64,000 nt of DNA from Eledone cirrhosa. Its lineage: Eukaryota. Every line of letters starts with the position of its first letter. Position 1 is the first letter of the stretch. Of this stretch, positions 51,874 to 64,000 are shown piece after piece. The position numbers were made by a program, and so were the translations under genes. The stretch covers positions 24,056,001 to 24,120,000 of the forward strand of contig OZ024746.1 of NCBI GenBank assembly GCA_964016885.1. The letters are read 5' to 3'. Below the pieces are notes generated by a model, which saw only the letters and a program-made list of their open reading frames with translations, searched no databases and had not been told where the DNA came from.

Positions 51874-54800
51874 ACCATTTTTTTTTAACAGTTACTTTCC
51901 ATACTTAGATGGGGTTGGTTAGGGCTTTAAATCTTTAGATTTACCAATACCTTTAGATGCTTAATCTAAGAAAGAATATTTATTTTATTTATTATCCAGA
52001 GAAGAAAGGATAGCTCAGATGATCCTTTTTAAAGATCTTCTGGGTGTCTTCAGAAGATCTTTAGAAAAGTCACCTGACCTGATTCCATGTATGTGACAGA
52101 GGAGAGCACACAAGTCAGATGATGTTAACAATTAATATTCTGTACAACCCAAAACCACATTAACAACTCATTCTTGAAAAGTACAAAACAGCATTATGAC
52201 TACATCACAAGCTAATGGTTTCTTTTAAAATCATGTACGATAAAGAAACTACCAGTCACATAAAAGGTAGATTTGGAAATATACATTTTTCACTGATAAA
52301 TACATAAACATGTATAAATATATTCAAATAAATGAATAAATTCACTGCACCTCTATTTGACTAAGATGATTGATTATATTGCTCATGCTTAAACACTACA
52401 AATATAGTATAAAAACTGAGAAAAGGAACACATTTTTTTCATGTAAGTATATTCTATTCATCAGACAGAATGAAGAAAGGATGAAATGAAACCCTGAACT
52501 TCATACAAAAGCTCTCAGTAGACAATAGTTGCATGTGTATGTGTGTGTGCATATGTACTTTTGGGTTCATGTATGTGTGTACATACACTTCCAGTAAACT
52601 GTGTCTTTACTTTTCTATCTCTCTCACTCTTTACCTGTCACTTTGCCCACTTAGTATGTATACTCCTCCTTCAACACATATTAAATCTCTCTTTTATTCT
52701 CTCTCTATATTCTCAAATGTGACGTTAGATCAACCAACACACCAGATAATTTATATTAGAAATGTTAGCAAAGCATTAATTTAGTTACATCAGCTGCTGC
52801 CATTTATATAATAATGCATGACATGCAGACCATATGTGAGATACAAAATGGTGTAATTTAAATGTTTTATACATTGTTATATATCCTCACCCAGCCACAT
52901 TGCAATGTCTAAAGTTACAGAAAAGCAGAAACAAAGGAGAAACGATAATTAAACAAGGTATAATTAAGAAAATTAGCTGAGGATTCAGTAAAATTGTGTT
53001 AATGACAGGCTAAAAATCAAGTGATCAACTTTATTATATTAGGAATTCAAAACAAAAGTTTTGAGATTTTACAGCCTAAAATAATATAATAGTAAACATG
53101 ATTTCTAATTTAGGCACAAGGTCAACAATCTTTTTTTTTTCTTTTGGTGGGAGGAGTCGATTATATTGGCCCCAGTACATGACTGGTGCTTTATTTTATC
53201 TACCCTGGAAGGGTGAAGGCAAAGTTGACCTCAGCAGGATTTGAACTTAGAATGTAAAGAGCAGAAACTAATGACATAAAGTTTTCTATCCAATGCTCTA
53301 ATGATTCTGCCAATCCACCACCCTTACTATATAAACATTGTTACCTGACTTACATGCTGTCATTGATGGCTTTTGGATGTTTTAACAGCTATTCTTGTAT
53401 TTGAGTTTTCAATTATTTCTGTAAACTTAATATAATGGAGGCATTCCACCAGTTATGGCGACAAATGTTCCAGTTGATCTGATTAATGGAACAGTCTGCT
53501 CATGAAATTAACGTGCAAGGGGCTGAACATTCCACAGGCACACATACCCTTACCATAGTTCTCAGGGAGATTCAGCATAACACAGGATTAGCTGCCTTGG
53601 TTTATAAATGAGGTTTGGATTTATGCCCATTTCTCAGACATAAAATAGGGGTCAGCTTATAATCGAGTATATACAGTACTTTTTTTTAATCCTAATTTGG
53701 AATTTTGAGTAATAAAAGTGCCTCTTATTCACTAACAAAGAAGGTAAACCCACTTTTAGGACAGGTTTATAGCATCCCTATGTGTTTTAGAATAGGTACA
53801 CCATATACTTGTGTCTTAAGTGATCGAAAGGGGTGGAGTCAGGAAGGTTGTCTGACCGCAAAACCCTACCTAAAAAATAATCCCTTCAATCACATACCAG
53901 CATGGAAAAGGGGATAACGATGATGAAGATGACAGCATCAATGATGACAATGAAGACGAAAGTGATGATGACAATGATGATGCTGATGATAGTTAATCCT
54001 GAAAATGCAGCAATTTGCTCTGTCACACATGATAATGAAAAGAAGACAATTATAAAAGTGCTTTGGTCTAAAGTTCAATCAATATGATTCTTTCTTATTT
54101 TGAAACAGAATACAAGAATCTCTCTCTGCCACAATTTATGGAAGTACCAGTAAACTTAAAAATATAATAATCATCATAAAACAAAAATCGGTGAAACAAA
54201 GCAACATTTGGAAATTCTTTAAAAAATATATTTTAGAATGTTCTTCTACAGGAGAATTTAAAATAGCTTTTTAATGTTTTTTTCAATGCAAAAACGTTTT
54301 TCTTTATATTTGACAATGTTATTTTTATTGTAAAATGTTTATTTTCCTGTTTCCTTACTACACAATTATCATTCAATAAACATGTATTCATGATCAAGTA
54401 CTATAATTTACATTTTGTTTTTCATCTTGAAAATATATATATTATAATGATTCTGCCCACTCCTCCCCAAATTGCTTACTGTGCATTTAACAGCAGAAAA
54501 AACATACAAATTCTAGAAAAAAAAACAATGCTTTATTCTGGATAAAGTATTGCTAGGCTGTATAATACCAACTTACATTTAATTCTTTAACAAAAAACAT
54601 CTGTTTTAAAGTGCACACATCCAGAATAAAAACCTTCCATTATAATTTCAAATAGAAATCTTTTATTCCACAGAATAATATTTACAATCACAAAAATTAG
54701 TTTATTTTACAAAATCCATCCAAATTCTTATTTTCAAAATTAATTGAAATGCATAAATCTTCTCAATCAAAGTCATCTTGGAGCTAAAAAACAGCTACTA

Positions 54801-54980
54801 TTGTGGTAATTTGGGGTTAACAAATACCCTTTTTTTTTTAAAGATAAATCAAAATTTCTTTATTCTCTTTCTATTGGGTTCTAAAGTATGAAATTTGTAG
54901 AAATTTGTGTTTTTTCTACAAATTTCATACTTGACGACCTAATAAGTTAAAAATGACATTATTTTCAAATCTTAAATGCT

Positions 54981-55208
54981 TTAACCCTTTAGCATTCACA
55001 TTACTCTATATATACTATTATATTTTCATGGTAAAGGCTTTACCTCGCATAATTATCTCACATAATATTGAATCTATGAGATTTTGAAAGTATTTATTTT
55101 GAGAACAATACTTTAACATCAGTATGAGTGGCCAGTTACAGTCAGTTTCAACAGAAAGAGGTAGAGAATTCTGGCCGGTTTTGGCTGGTTTGAACATTAA
55201 AGGGTTAA
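54981..55208. mobile_element. TTAA-flanked MITE, second copy
   Basis: TTAA-CCCTTTAGCATTCA...TGAACATTAAAGGG-TTAA. Confidence 0.8.
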
Positions 55209-56823
55209 ACATATGTGAAGGCATCCAGTCCAGGGAGAAGTCTTGTACTCTCAGTTGCTTAATGCCAAGAAAACCAGGATAAGCACTGGTTTAATCAGTC
55301 TCCATGTGTGAGACAGACTTTAGACTTTTTAGACTAGATATAGATATAGGTTCTGTTATTTTGGGGTAAATTGTATAAGGTCAATAAAGTACCAGTTCTT
55401 CCTCTATATCACTTTCTCACTTTCACTCACTCACCCATCCTTTTCCCTCTCCTCTTCATGCCACATTATGTCTGATGGTCAGAAAATATGCAATGAACAG
55501 TTGAGACGTGTGTATATGCATGCGTACATATGTATGTGTGTACATATATATAAATATCATTATCATTCATCAATATATTTTTTCATTCACAAAGCCTCAT
55601 TAGCAAAGCATTGTAACAAATGCTTTCCACAAAGACCACTGCATGGAGGTGAGATTGACTTACTTGGTCTCACTCTTTCTCTGGAAGAGATTAGCTGTGT
55701 TCAGACCTGGAGAGGGAATAGGCTCCCTTAAATTTTAAAGTGCTCAAACCTTTCCATATATCACTATGGTACTCAATCATGAATTAAGGGCCCATAGATT
55801 GTATGGTTTGAGTGCTTTAGTTATTTTGCTCATCTACCATCAATGTCTACACTGGAATTCCTTTAATGTAGGTGAAATACAGCCAAAATTTGTTGAGATC
55901 ATTTGTAAGAGAGAAATATGTCTAGCCAACAATGCTTGATAACAAAACAGAACAGACTGGTATGGATTTCTTGAATAAGAATGGTTCTTAATTAGTCTTT
56001 AGCTATCTTAGTATTTGCATGCAAGAATACATACATACATTCTTGCATGTATACATACATACATATTGTCATACATACTTAGGCTCATACATGTATAGAT
56101 ACACGAAAACATGTAAAAATGCAACATCAATACACACATATATACATATACGTAAACATGCACAGATACATACACATAACATACATACATATATGTATAC
56201 ATACACACAGCTGTACAAATTAAAAAATTAAAAAGATAGAAGAGAAAACAGAGCAGAGATATATATAAACATAAATGAATACATACACACACACACACAT
56301 TATATATATATATATATATACATTTTATTTATATATATCAGTTGAAATATATAACATTTGAAAGAACTGCCAAAATCTAGAGATTCTCTGACCTATATAG
56401 CAACAGGATTAACTGCTATAAATAGGAAAGAATATAGATAACTCAATGAATTAATTAGGTGTCCATTGATAAACTGCATGAAAACTTTACATCATCAGCA
56501 TGTTTGATATGAACCTAGCATTTAGTTTGCATGGGAAGCTGGATAGCCAAATGGTTGGGAAGCTGGACTTATAATCATAATGTCGTTGGTTTGATTCCTG
56601 CACAGGGTACTGCATTGTGTTCTTGACTAGTAGCCTGTCAAAGGGCCAACATTGTTATATATTGTGTTGAGGTAAATCATCATCATCCCTACCACTACCA
56701 CCACTATATTAGGGTTACATGTCTGTGGAATACTCAGCCATTTACACTGTAATAGAAGGTGGACTGTATCTGTAATTGAAAGGGCCTGCCATGTCACACA
56801 ATATATCTTGCTGAATCAGCATC

Positions 56824-56955
56824 ATTATCTCAAGCACTGGCCGAGGTTGACTTTGCCTTTCATCCTTACGGGGTCGATAAAATAAAGTACCAGTAATGCA
56901 CTGGGTAATTTGCTGGCCTTGTGCCTAAAGTAGAAACAATTATCTCAAGCACTGG
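56824..56955 (+). mobile_element. 5'-truncated SINE family 1 copy with a perfect 17-bp TSD
   Basis: ATTATCTCAAGCACTGG at 56824-56840 and 56939-56955. Confidence 0.9.
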
Positions 56956-56999
56956 ACATTTTAGTAGCCTCTTTCAGAGTGTTCATTCTAAGGATAGGC

Positions 57000-57310
57000 T
57001 TTGGTCCAAGTTTCAGGCTTTCAGATCATCCCTGATTACCTCTTCCCAGGTATTATGTGGGCACCCCCTTCCCAATCTATCAGGGGCCACAATCTTCGTA
57101 CATTGATGTATCCACCCATCACTATGGTTCACATGTCTAAACCAATGCAGTCTGCATGATCTTAAAACAGAGTCAAGTTCTGGTGTCTATAATGTTTGGT
57201 AAAGAGATGCCACGTGAATAGTGTCTGAGATTTTGACACCACATATCCAGCAAACCATAACATTTTCACTTCTCTCCAGTTACAATTTGTCCTCAATCCT
57301 CAATCATTAC
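57000..57310 (-). mobile_element. Degenerate RTE 3' coding fragment
   Basis: Reverse strand resembles the WICGV...LHWFRHV...TWEEVIRDD region. Confidence 0.55.
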
Positions 57311-57578
57311 TATAAAACAACACATCCAGAGTACATGTGTCTGTGGAATGCTCAGCCACTTACATGTTCATTTCACGAGCAGGCAATTACATAGCTAAAA
57401 AAAAAACTGGAACACACACATTTGAAAGTAGTGGAGGTCTATTCCAGATAGCTATAGAGGTAAACTTTATCAAACAAACTGAATATTAGTAATTAGAGGG
57501 GAGAAATGAAACAGAAAGAGTTTTCATTTTATAATACATTATTTTTTATGTATATTTTGTTTATATCATTAATATTTT

Positions 57579-57629
<51 letters not shown>

Positions 57630-58220
57630 CACATATATATTAACTGTATATGTATGTGTATATATATTATTTATGTTATATACATGTATATATATTATTT
57701 ATGTTATATACATGTTATATATATTATTTATGTTATATACATGTATATATATTATTTATGTTATATACATGTATATATATTATTTATGTTATATACATGT
57801 TATATACATGTTATATATGTGTAACATTTTATCCATATTAGTTTGAAATGAATTCATAATGTGTTTTATGAGTTATATTATATATCAAAGGAAAAATTTA
57901 CAGTTTTGATTGAAACAAAACATGTACCTTCATACACATGCACACACGCATATATATGTATACATACATATATATAAATGTATGTATGCACACACACAAA
58001 CACAGACACACCAATATTTATATACACGTGTCTATACGTGTATGTGTGTGTGTATATATATATACATTTACATGTTTGTGTGTGAGTGTGTATGTGTGTG
58101 TGTGAGAGAAAACTAAAAGACCAATACATGAAGAGCAAATTGAACCAAAGTAAAATTGCACATGAAACAGAATAATTATAGGGAAAAGATGTAAACAAAA
58201 GCAAAGTGTGAAATGTTGAT

Positions 58221-58253
<33 letters not shown>

Positions 58254-58599
58254 CACTCCTTATCTACCCTTTATATCTAAAGTCTCTCTCGAACCTGGAG
58301 GCATATCAGGCTGGTGCTTATTCTGGTTTCCATGGTGTAAAGCAACTATAAGTAAAAGACACCTGGACAGACTCTCTGGACAGGATATCAATCCATCACA
58401 GGGTCAAACCCCCAGCTACAGCTGGTATTCGTTTTTAGCTGAGTATACTAGAATAATGTGAAATGACGTGTTTTTCTCAAGAACAGAACAAAGAACCCAG
58501 TCCAGGAATCAAACGCCCCACATTATGATCATAATTTCAACACTCTTACCACAAGGCCACATACCTACACTACCCTCTATATAGTGAACCATTAATAAT

Positions 58600-58990
58600 G
58601 ACAGGGTCGATGCTACCATTAAGGCCAATTAGGCAGCCACCTAAGGTGCACACCTCAGAGAAGCACATTACTAAACCTTAAAACATACAGTTTTATACAA
58701 ATTTGTATAATGAAATTATATATATAATGGTTCCTGATTTAGGCACAAGGCCAACAATTTTGGGGGGAGGAGAAAGTCAATTAAATTGACCCCAGTGCAT
58801 TACAGGTACTTTATTTTATCGACTCCATAAGAAGGAAAAGCAAAGCTAACCTCAGTGGGATTTGAACTCTGAACGTAAAGGAACGTAACTGTTATATATT
58901 ATACATATAATAATTTCCTGCGATCAATAAATAAATCACAAAGCATCTTTGTCACAGAAACAGTGGAAAGATTCATATGATGTTATGATC
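58600..58990 (+). mobile_element. Dispersed repeat (probable non-autonomous DNA transposon end) split by a SINE
   Basis: CAGGG..G.TGCTACC.TTAAGGCCAA...CATTACT.AACCTTAA, also at about 17720-17930 and 63920-64000. Confidence 0.6.
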
Positions 58991-60238
58991 TCTCACATAA
59001 TGTGGCATGGGAAAGTGGAAAATGCAGGCTTAGTAGTTTTCTTAGTCTCATCAGAGCAGGAAATGTTAAAACAAGGTTTTTTACCTCACCAAACTATAAG
59101 TTGAAATTATTTTTTTTAGTAGAATAGGGTGTAAATTGAGAGAAAGAGGTGCCCATTGTAGGGACAGCCTAGGATATTAAATACCCACTGGATGATGGCT
59201 ATATCAACTCTTTCATCTTTCTTATATAAATATACGGTTAGGATGCTTGACTTATGGTCATAAAGTTGTGGGTTCAATTCCTGGACATATTTTAATTTAT
59301 TGAAAATTTAATGTGGAAGGCAGTAGAAGAGGAAGACCAAGGAAGACATGGTTAAAGTTGATTGGGAAGGATATGAGAAGAAGAGAGTAGATGAAGGGTA
59401 TTCTGACGATAGGGCTATGTGGAGATTGTCCTTAAAATGCTCACTGTTGTATTGAAGATTTAATGAAAGGAGAGAAAGGCAAATAAATGTTTGATAAATG
59501 TATGTGCATGTGTGTTTGTAAGTATGCAAGGGTTTGTATGTATGTATGGTTCTATGACTCCTGGTGGAGTCATAGGAGTGCTGTGGTGGCATACGGAATG
59601 TTTCTAGAGTATTTTAAGACTGGTGCAGCCTAACCTCCTCAGATCTGAACACAAAAGATTCTTTTCCAGAGAAGGATAGAAAGTGATCGACCCCATTAAA
59701 AGCCTGGTACATTTTTTATTAACTTCGAATGGCTGAGATGCAAAGTTGACCTCAGAGAGTAGAGAGTCAGAATGAATATCACAAAGCATTCTATCCAAAA
59801 TTCTAACAACTCTGCCAATTTGCTGCCTGATCATCACTTGAATGGTTATTAAATGTTATCTTTTAGATTTCAAATTATTCAGAATACACCAAAGAGTGCG
59901 GACCTATGTTCAAATGTTCCCAGCTATCAACATCCCCATATCTTGTTTAGGCAATGTATACACAGGACTACATTTCCAATGTGTCCTTTTGTACTTCAAG
60001 ATGTGATTTAGGGTGAATTTGGCTGTTATTTCTAGAATGTGCAGTGTCTATGTAGAGGCTCCTTTTACTCTGAGTGTGAATTTGTGTCAATGTCCATATG
60101 TATGTGTATATCTGAACAGAAATACACACACACACACATGACTATACATCTGTTTATATTTGTAGATACAGTCACATAATTTTGCTTAGGCATCAACGCA
60201 GAAACTTCAAAATCACTGCCACTATTTAATTTAGTATG

Positions 60239-60276
<38 letters not shown>

Positions 60277-61087
60277 CATACATACATACACCAGCCTTCA
60301 TTTGACCTTTTCTTTGTATGTCTGTATGTGTATATATTGTGCACATCTATGTGTGTTCAGAAAATACACACAGCAAACGTGCTTGTATAAATCTAAATAC
60401 ATACATATTTAGCTACAAACATATATACACACATCACTGCTTGCATGCATAGACATATAGTTACATGCATGTATAAATGTATATACATCCACATAGAGTT
60501 GCATATGCATACATACAGTTACATATATGTACAAATTTGTATATATATACATACATACACATATAGCTGCATGCATATATATATAATTCTATATAGATAC
60601 ATACACATATAGCTGCATGCATATATATATAATTCTATATAGATACATACACATATAGCTGCATGTATATATAGCCATATAATTGCATGCATTTATAAAT
60701 CGATAAGCATACATACACATATTGCTGCATGTATATATATTTATATATAGTCACATGCATGTATAAATGTATATGCAGACACACAGTTGCATGCATATAT
60801 ATATATATATAGCTGTATGCATACACACATATCACTGTATGCATATCTACACATAATTATAACTGTATACATGCACATGACTGTATGCAAAGACATAGTT
60901 GTAGTCATGCATACACATCTAGCTGCATGCACACACACACATAAAAATGTATGCATGTAAAAATCTATACACACACACACTTAGTTACATCATCAAGGTT
61001 TTTATGTCCATTTTATCATGCTTGTATGGGTTGGATGCATCTTTTACAGCACAGCATCTCTTCACTCATTGCGTTCCTTTCACATGC

Positions 61088-61247
61088 ACATATATATATA
61101 TACATACACATATATTACCATATATATATATACATACACATATATTACCATATATATATATATATACACATATATTACCATATATATATATATATACATA
61201 CACATATATTACCATATATATATATATATACATACACATATATTACC

Positions 61248-61278
<31 letters not shown>

Positions 61279-62324
61279 CACATATATTACCATATATATA
61301 TATACATACACATATATTACCATATATATATATATACATACACATATATTACCATATATATATATATATATATACATACACATATATTACCATATATATA
61401 TATATACATACACATATATTACCATATATATATATATACATACACATATATTACCATATATATATATATATACATACACATATATTACCATATATGTATA
61501 TATACACATACACATATATTACCATATATATATATATACATACACATATATTACCATATATATATATATATACATACACATATATTACCATATATATATA
61601 TACACATATATTACCATATATATATATATATACATACACATATATTACCATATATATATATACACATACACATATATTACCATATATATATATATATATA
61701 CATACACATATATTACCATATATATATATACATACACATATATTACCATATATATATATACATACACATATATTACCATATATATATATATATATACATA
61801 CACATATATTACCATATATATATATATACATACACATATATTACCATATATATATATATATACATACACATATATTACCATATATATATATATACACATA
61901 CACATATATTACCATATATATATATATATATACATACACATATATTACCATATATATATATATACATACACATATATTACCATATATATATATACATACA
62001 CATATATTACCATATATATATATATATACATACACATATATTACCATATATATATATATACATACACATATATTACCATATATATATATATATACATACA
62101 CATATATTACCATATATATATATATACATACACATATATTACCATATATATATATAAACATATATTACCACATGTATATATATATACATACACATATATT
62201 ACCGCATGTACATATACATACACATATTACCACATGTATATATACATACACATATAACTGCATGTACACATACATATATATTACCGTATGTACATATATA
62301 CATACACATATATTACCACATGTA

Positions 62325-62362
<38 letters not shown>
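61088..62362. repeat. Compound minisatellite: CATACACATATATTACCA plus a variable (TA)n
   Basis: Seen directly. Confidence 0.95.
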
Positions 62363-62365
<3 letters not shown>

Positions 62366-62396
62366 CTTGTATGTCAATGTGCACAAATGACCCAGC

Positions 62397-62716
62397 ATGA
62401 ATGTGTTGAGAGAGAAACTGTGTCTGAGAGGGATAGAATGTAGTGTGCGAGAGAGGAGACTGAGGTGGTATGGACATGTGATGCGCATGGAGGATGACCG
62501 ATGGGTGAAGAAGTGTCAGGAAATGCCAGTTGAAGGAAGACGTGGTAGAGGTAGACCACGAAAAACATGGGTGGAGGTGGTGAGAACAGACCTCAGATCG
62601 CTGAAGCTCACAGTGGAGATGACGAAGGACCGTGACAAGTGGAGAGATGCTATGCTGAATAAGACCCGTCCCACCCTTGCAAGCAGGGAAAAGCAGACGT
62701 CAAATGATGATGATGA
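62397..62716 (+). mobile_element. RTE LINE 3' end with (TGA)n tail
   Basis: RERRLRWYGHVMRMEDDRWVKKC...GRGRPRKTW followed by the RTE 3'UTR and tail. Confidence 0.9.
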
Positions 62717-62846
62717 TACACATGTAGCTGCATGTATACATGCACATACATTACTGCATGTATACATACACATAAAGGTATGTGTATAAATACACTTACA
62801 ACTGCCTGTATTGATACACACATATATAGCTCTCGGTATACACCCA

Positions 62847-62906
<60 letters not shown>

Positions 62907-64000
62907 CACACACATACACACACCCACACCCATACACATATATATATATAGCTATCTGCATACACACACACACATATATATATAGCTATCTGCATACACA
63001 CACATATATATAGCTGCCCGAGTGCATACACATATATAGTTGCCTGCACACATATATATATATAGTTACCTGTATACATACACACATATATAGCTGCCTG
63101 CATATATACACACATAGAGCTGTCTGCATACATACATATACAGATATATTGTGGCCTGCATACATACATACACACATTTATAGTGGCCTGCATACATACA
63201 CTCATTTATATTGGCCTGCATACATACACACATACAGATATATGCCTATATACACACGCTGTCTGCATGCTTGTTGCTATGTTCCCCATCAAACCACATC
63301 CTTTCCTACAGACATGTAGCAACATGTATCAATAATTACAAAGCAGATATCCCCCTCCTAAGTGTATTTCCGTATGCTCAAGTATTGCAGCCAATACCCA
63401 TGTTATAAATATCATATCCAATCACAACTGCTTTATTATAAAACACTCAATATTTGCACTGAATCTAATGGCCACTGATTGTCTTCGTTGCTGGAATTGA
63501 CTTTGTTGGGCTTTTGCTCTCTTATTTCTCTTTAATTTATATATTTTTTGTTAATATTATATCATTATTTCTTCTTCAGTTTGTTTTTATTTTATACTGT
63601 GACGACATTTTCTTATCTTCTTCTCAATCATTAAATCATCTTTCATATTATATCTTTCTGTCCTCGTCAATATTTTCCCTCCATTTTCTAAAATGGCTAC
63701 CTATGAGAGTGACAGTCACAGAAAGACACAGAAAGATGGTGAAGAAAGGCACAGAAAGATGGTAAAATGAGAGAGAGGGAGAAAGAGAGAGAGAGAGAGC
63801 AGAGATGGCAGTATCTTCAACAATGACCTGAGTAAATAAATAAGATGAAAAGGTTTCCACCCCATCTCCACCAGAATTCAGAATATAATTGCTGCTACTT
63901 TGACAGATATGTCTGCCACACAGGGTTGGTGCTACCTTTATGGCCAACTAAGCAACCACTTAGAGCACACACTTCAGAGAGGTGCATTACTGAACCTTAA

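Noticed and set aside
60947-62390. Long Y/I/H/T-rich ORFs (also at 36801-37450 and 50541-51221)
   Set aside because: Translations of (TA)n/(CA)n repeats.

Overview
AT-rich, repeat-dense eukaryotic DNA. The SINE/RTE repertoire and (TA)n load suggest an octopus or other coleoid cephalopod (inference). One protein-coding gene is reconstructed: a minus-strand SLC22 (organic cation/anion transporter-like) gene with 9 coding exons from 30343 to 817 (1806 nt, 601 aa), all GT-AG introns with matching phases. The rest is mobile DNA (RTE and CR1-type LINE pieces, a mariner relic, tRNA-derived and RTE-tailed SINEs, TTAA and hAT-type MITEs) plus satellites that produce the long spurious ORFs. The most notable observation is a family of non-coding fold-back elements sitting inside (TA)n tracts (3735-4453, 7913-8350, 43683-43874, with degenerate relatives). 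Their inverted arms carry type I hammerhead ribozyme cores, with compensatory stem changes between two of them, and one arm extends into a tail with a TTGAGTRC motif. This fits non-autonomous Penelope-like or retrozyme-type elements. Two of them lie in intron 7 of the transporter gene.
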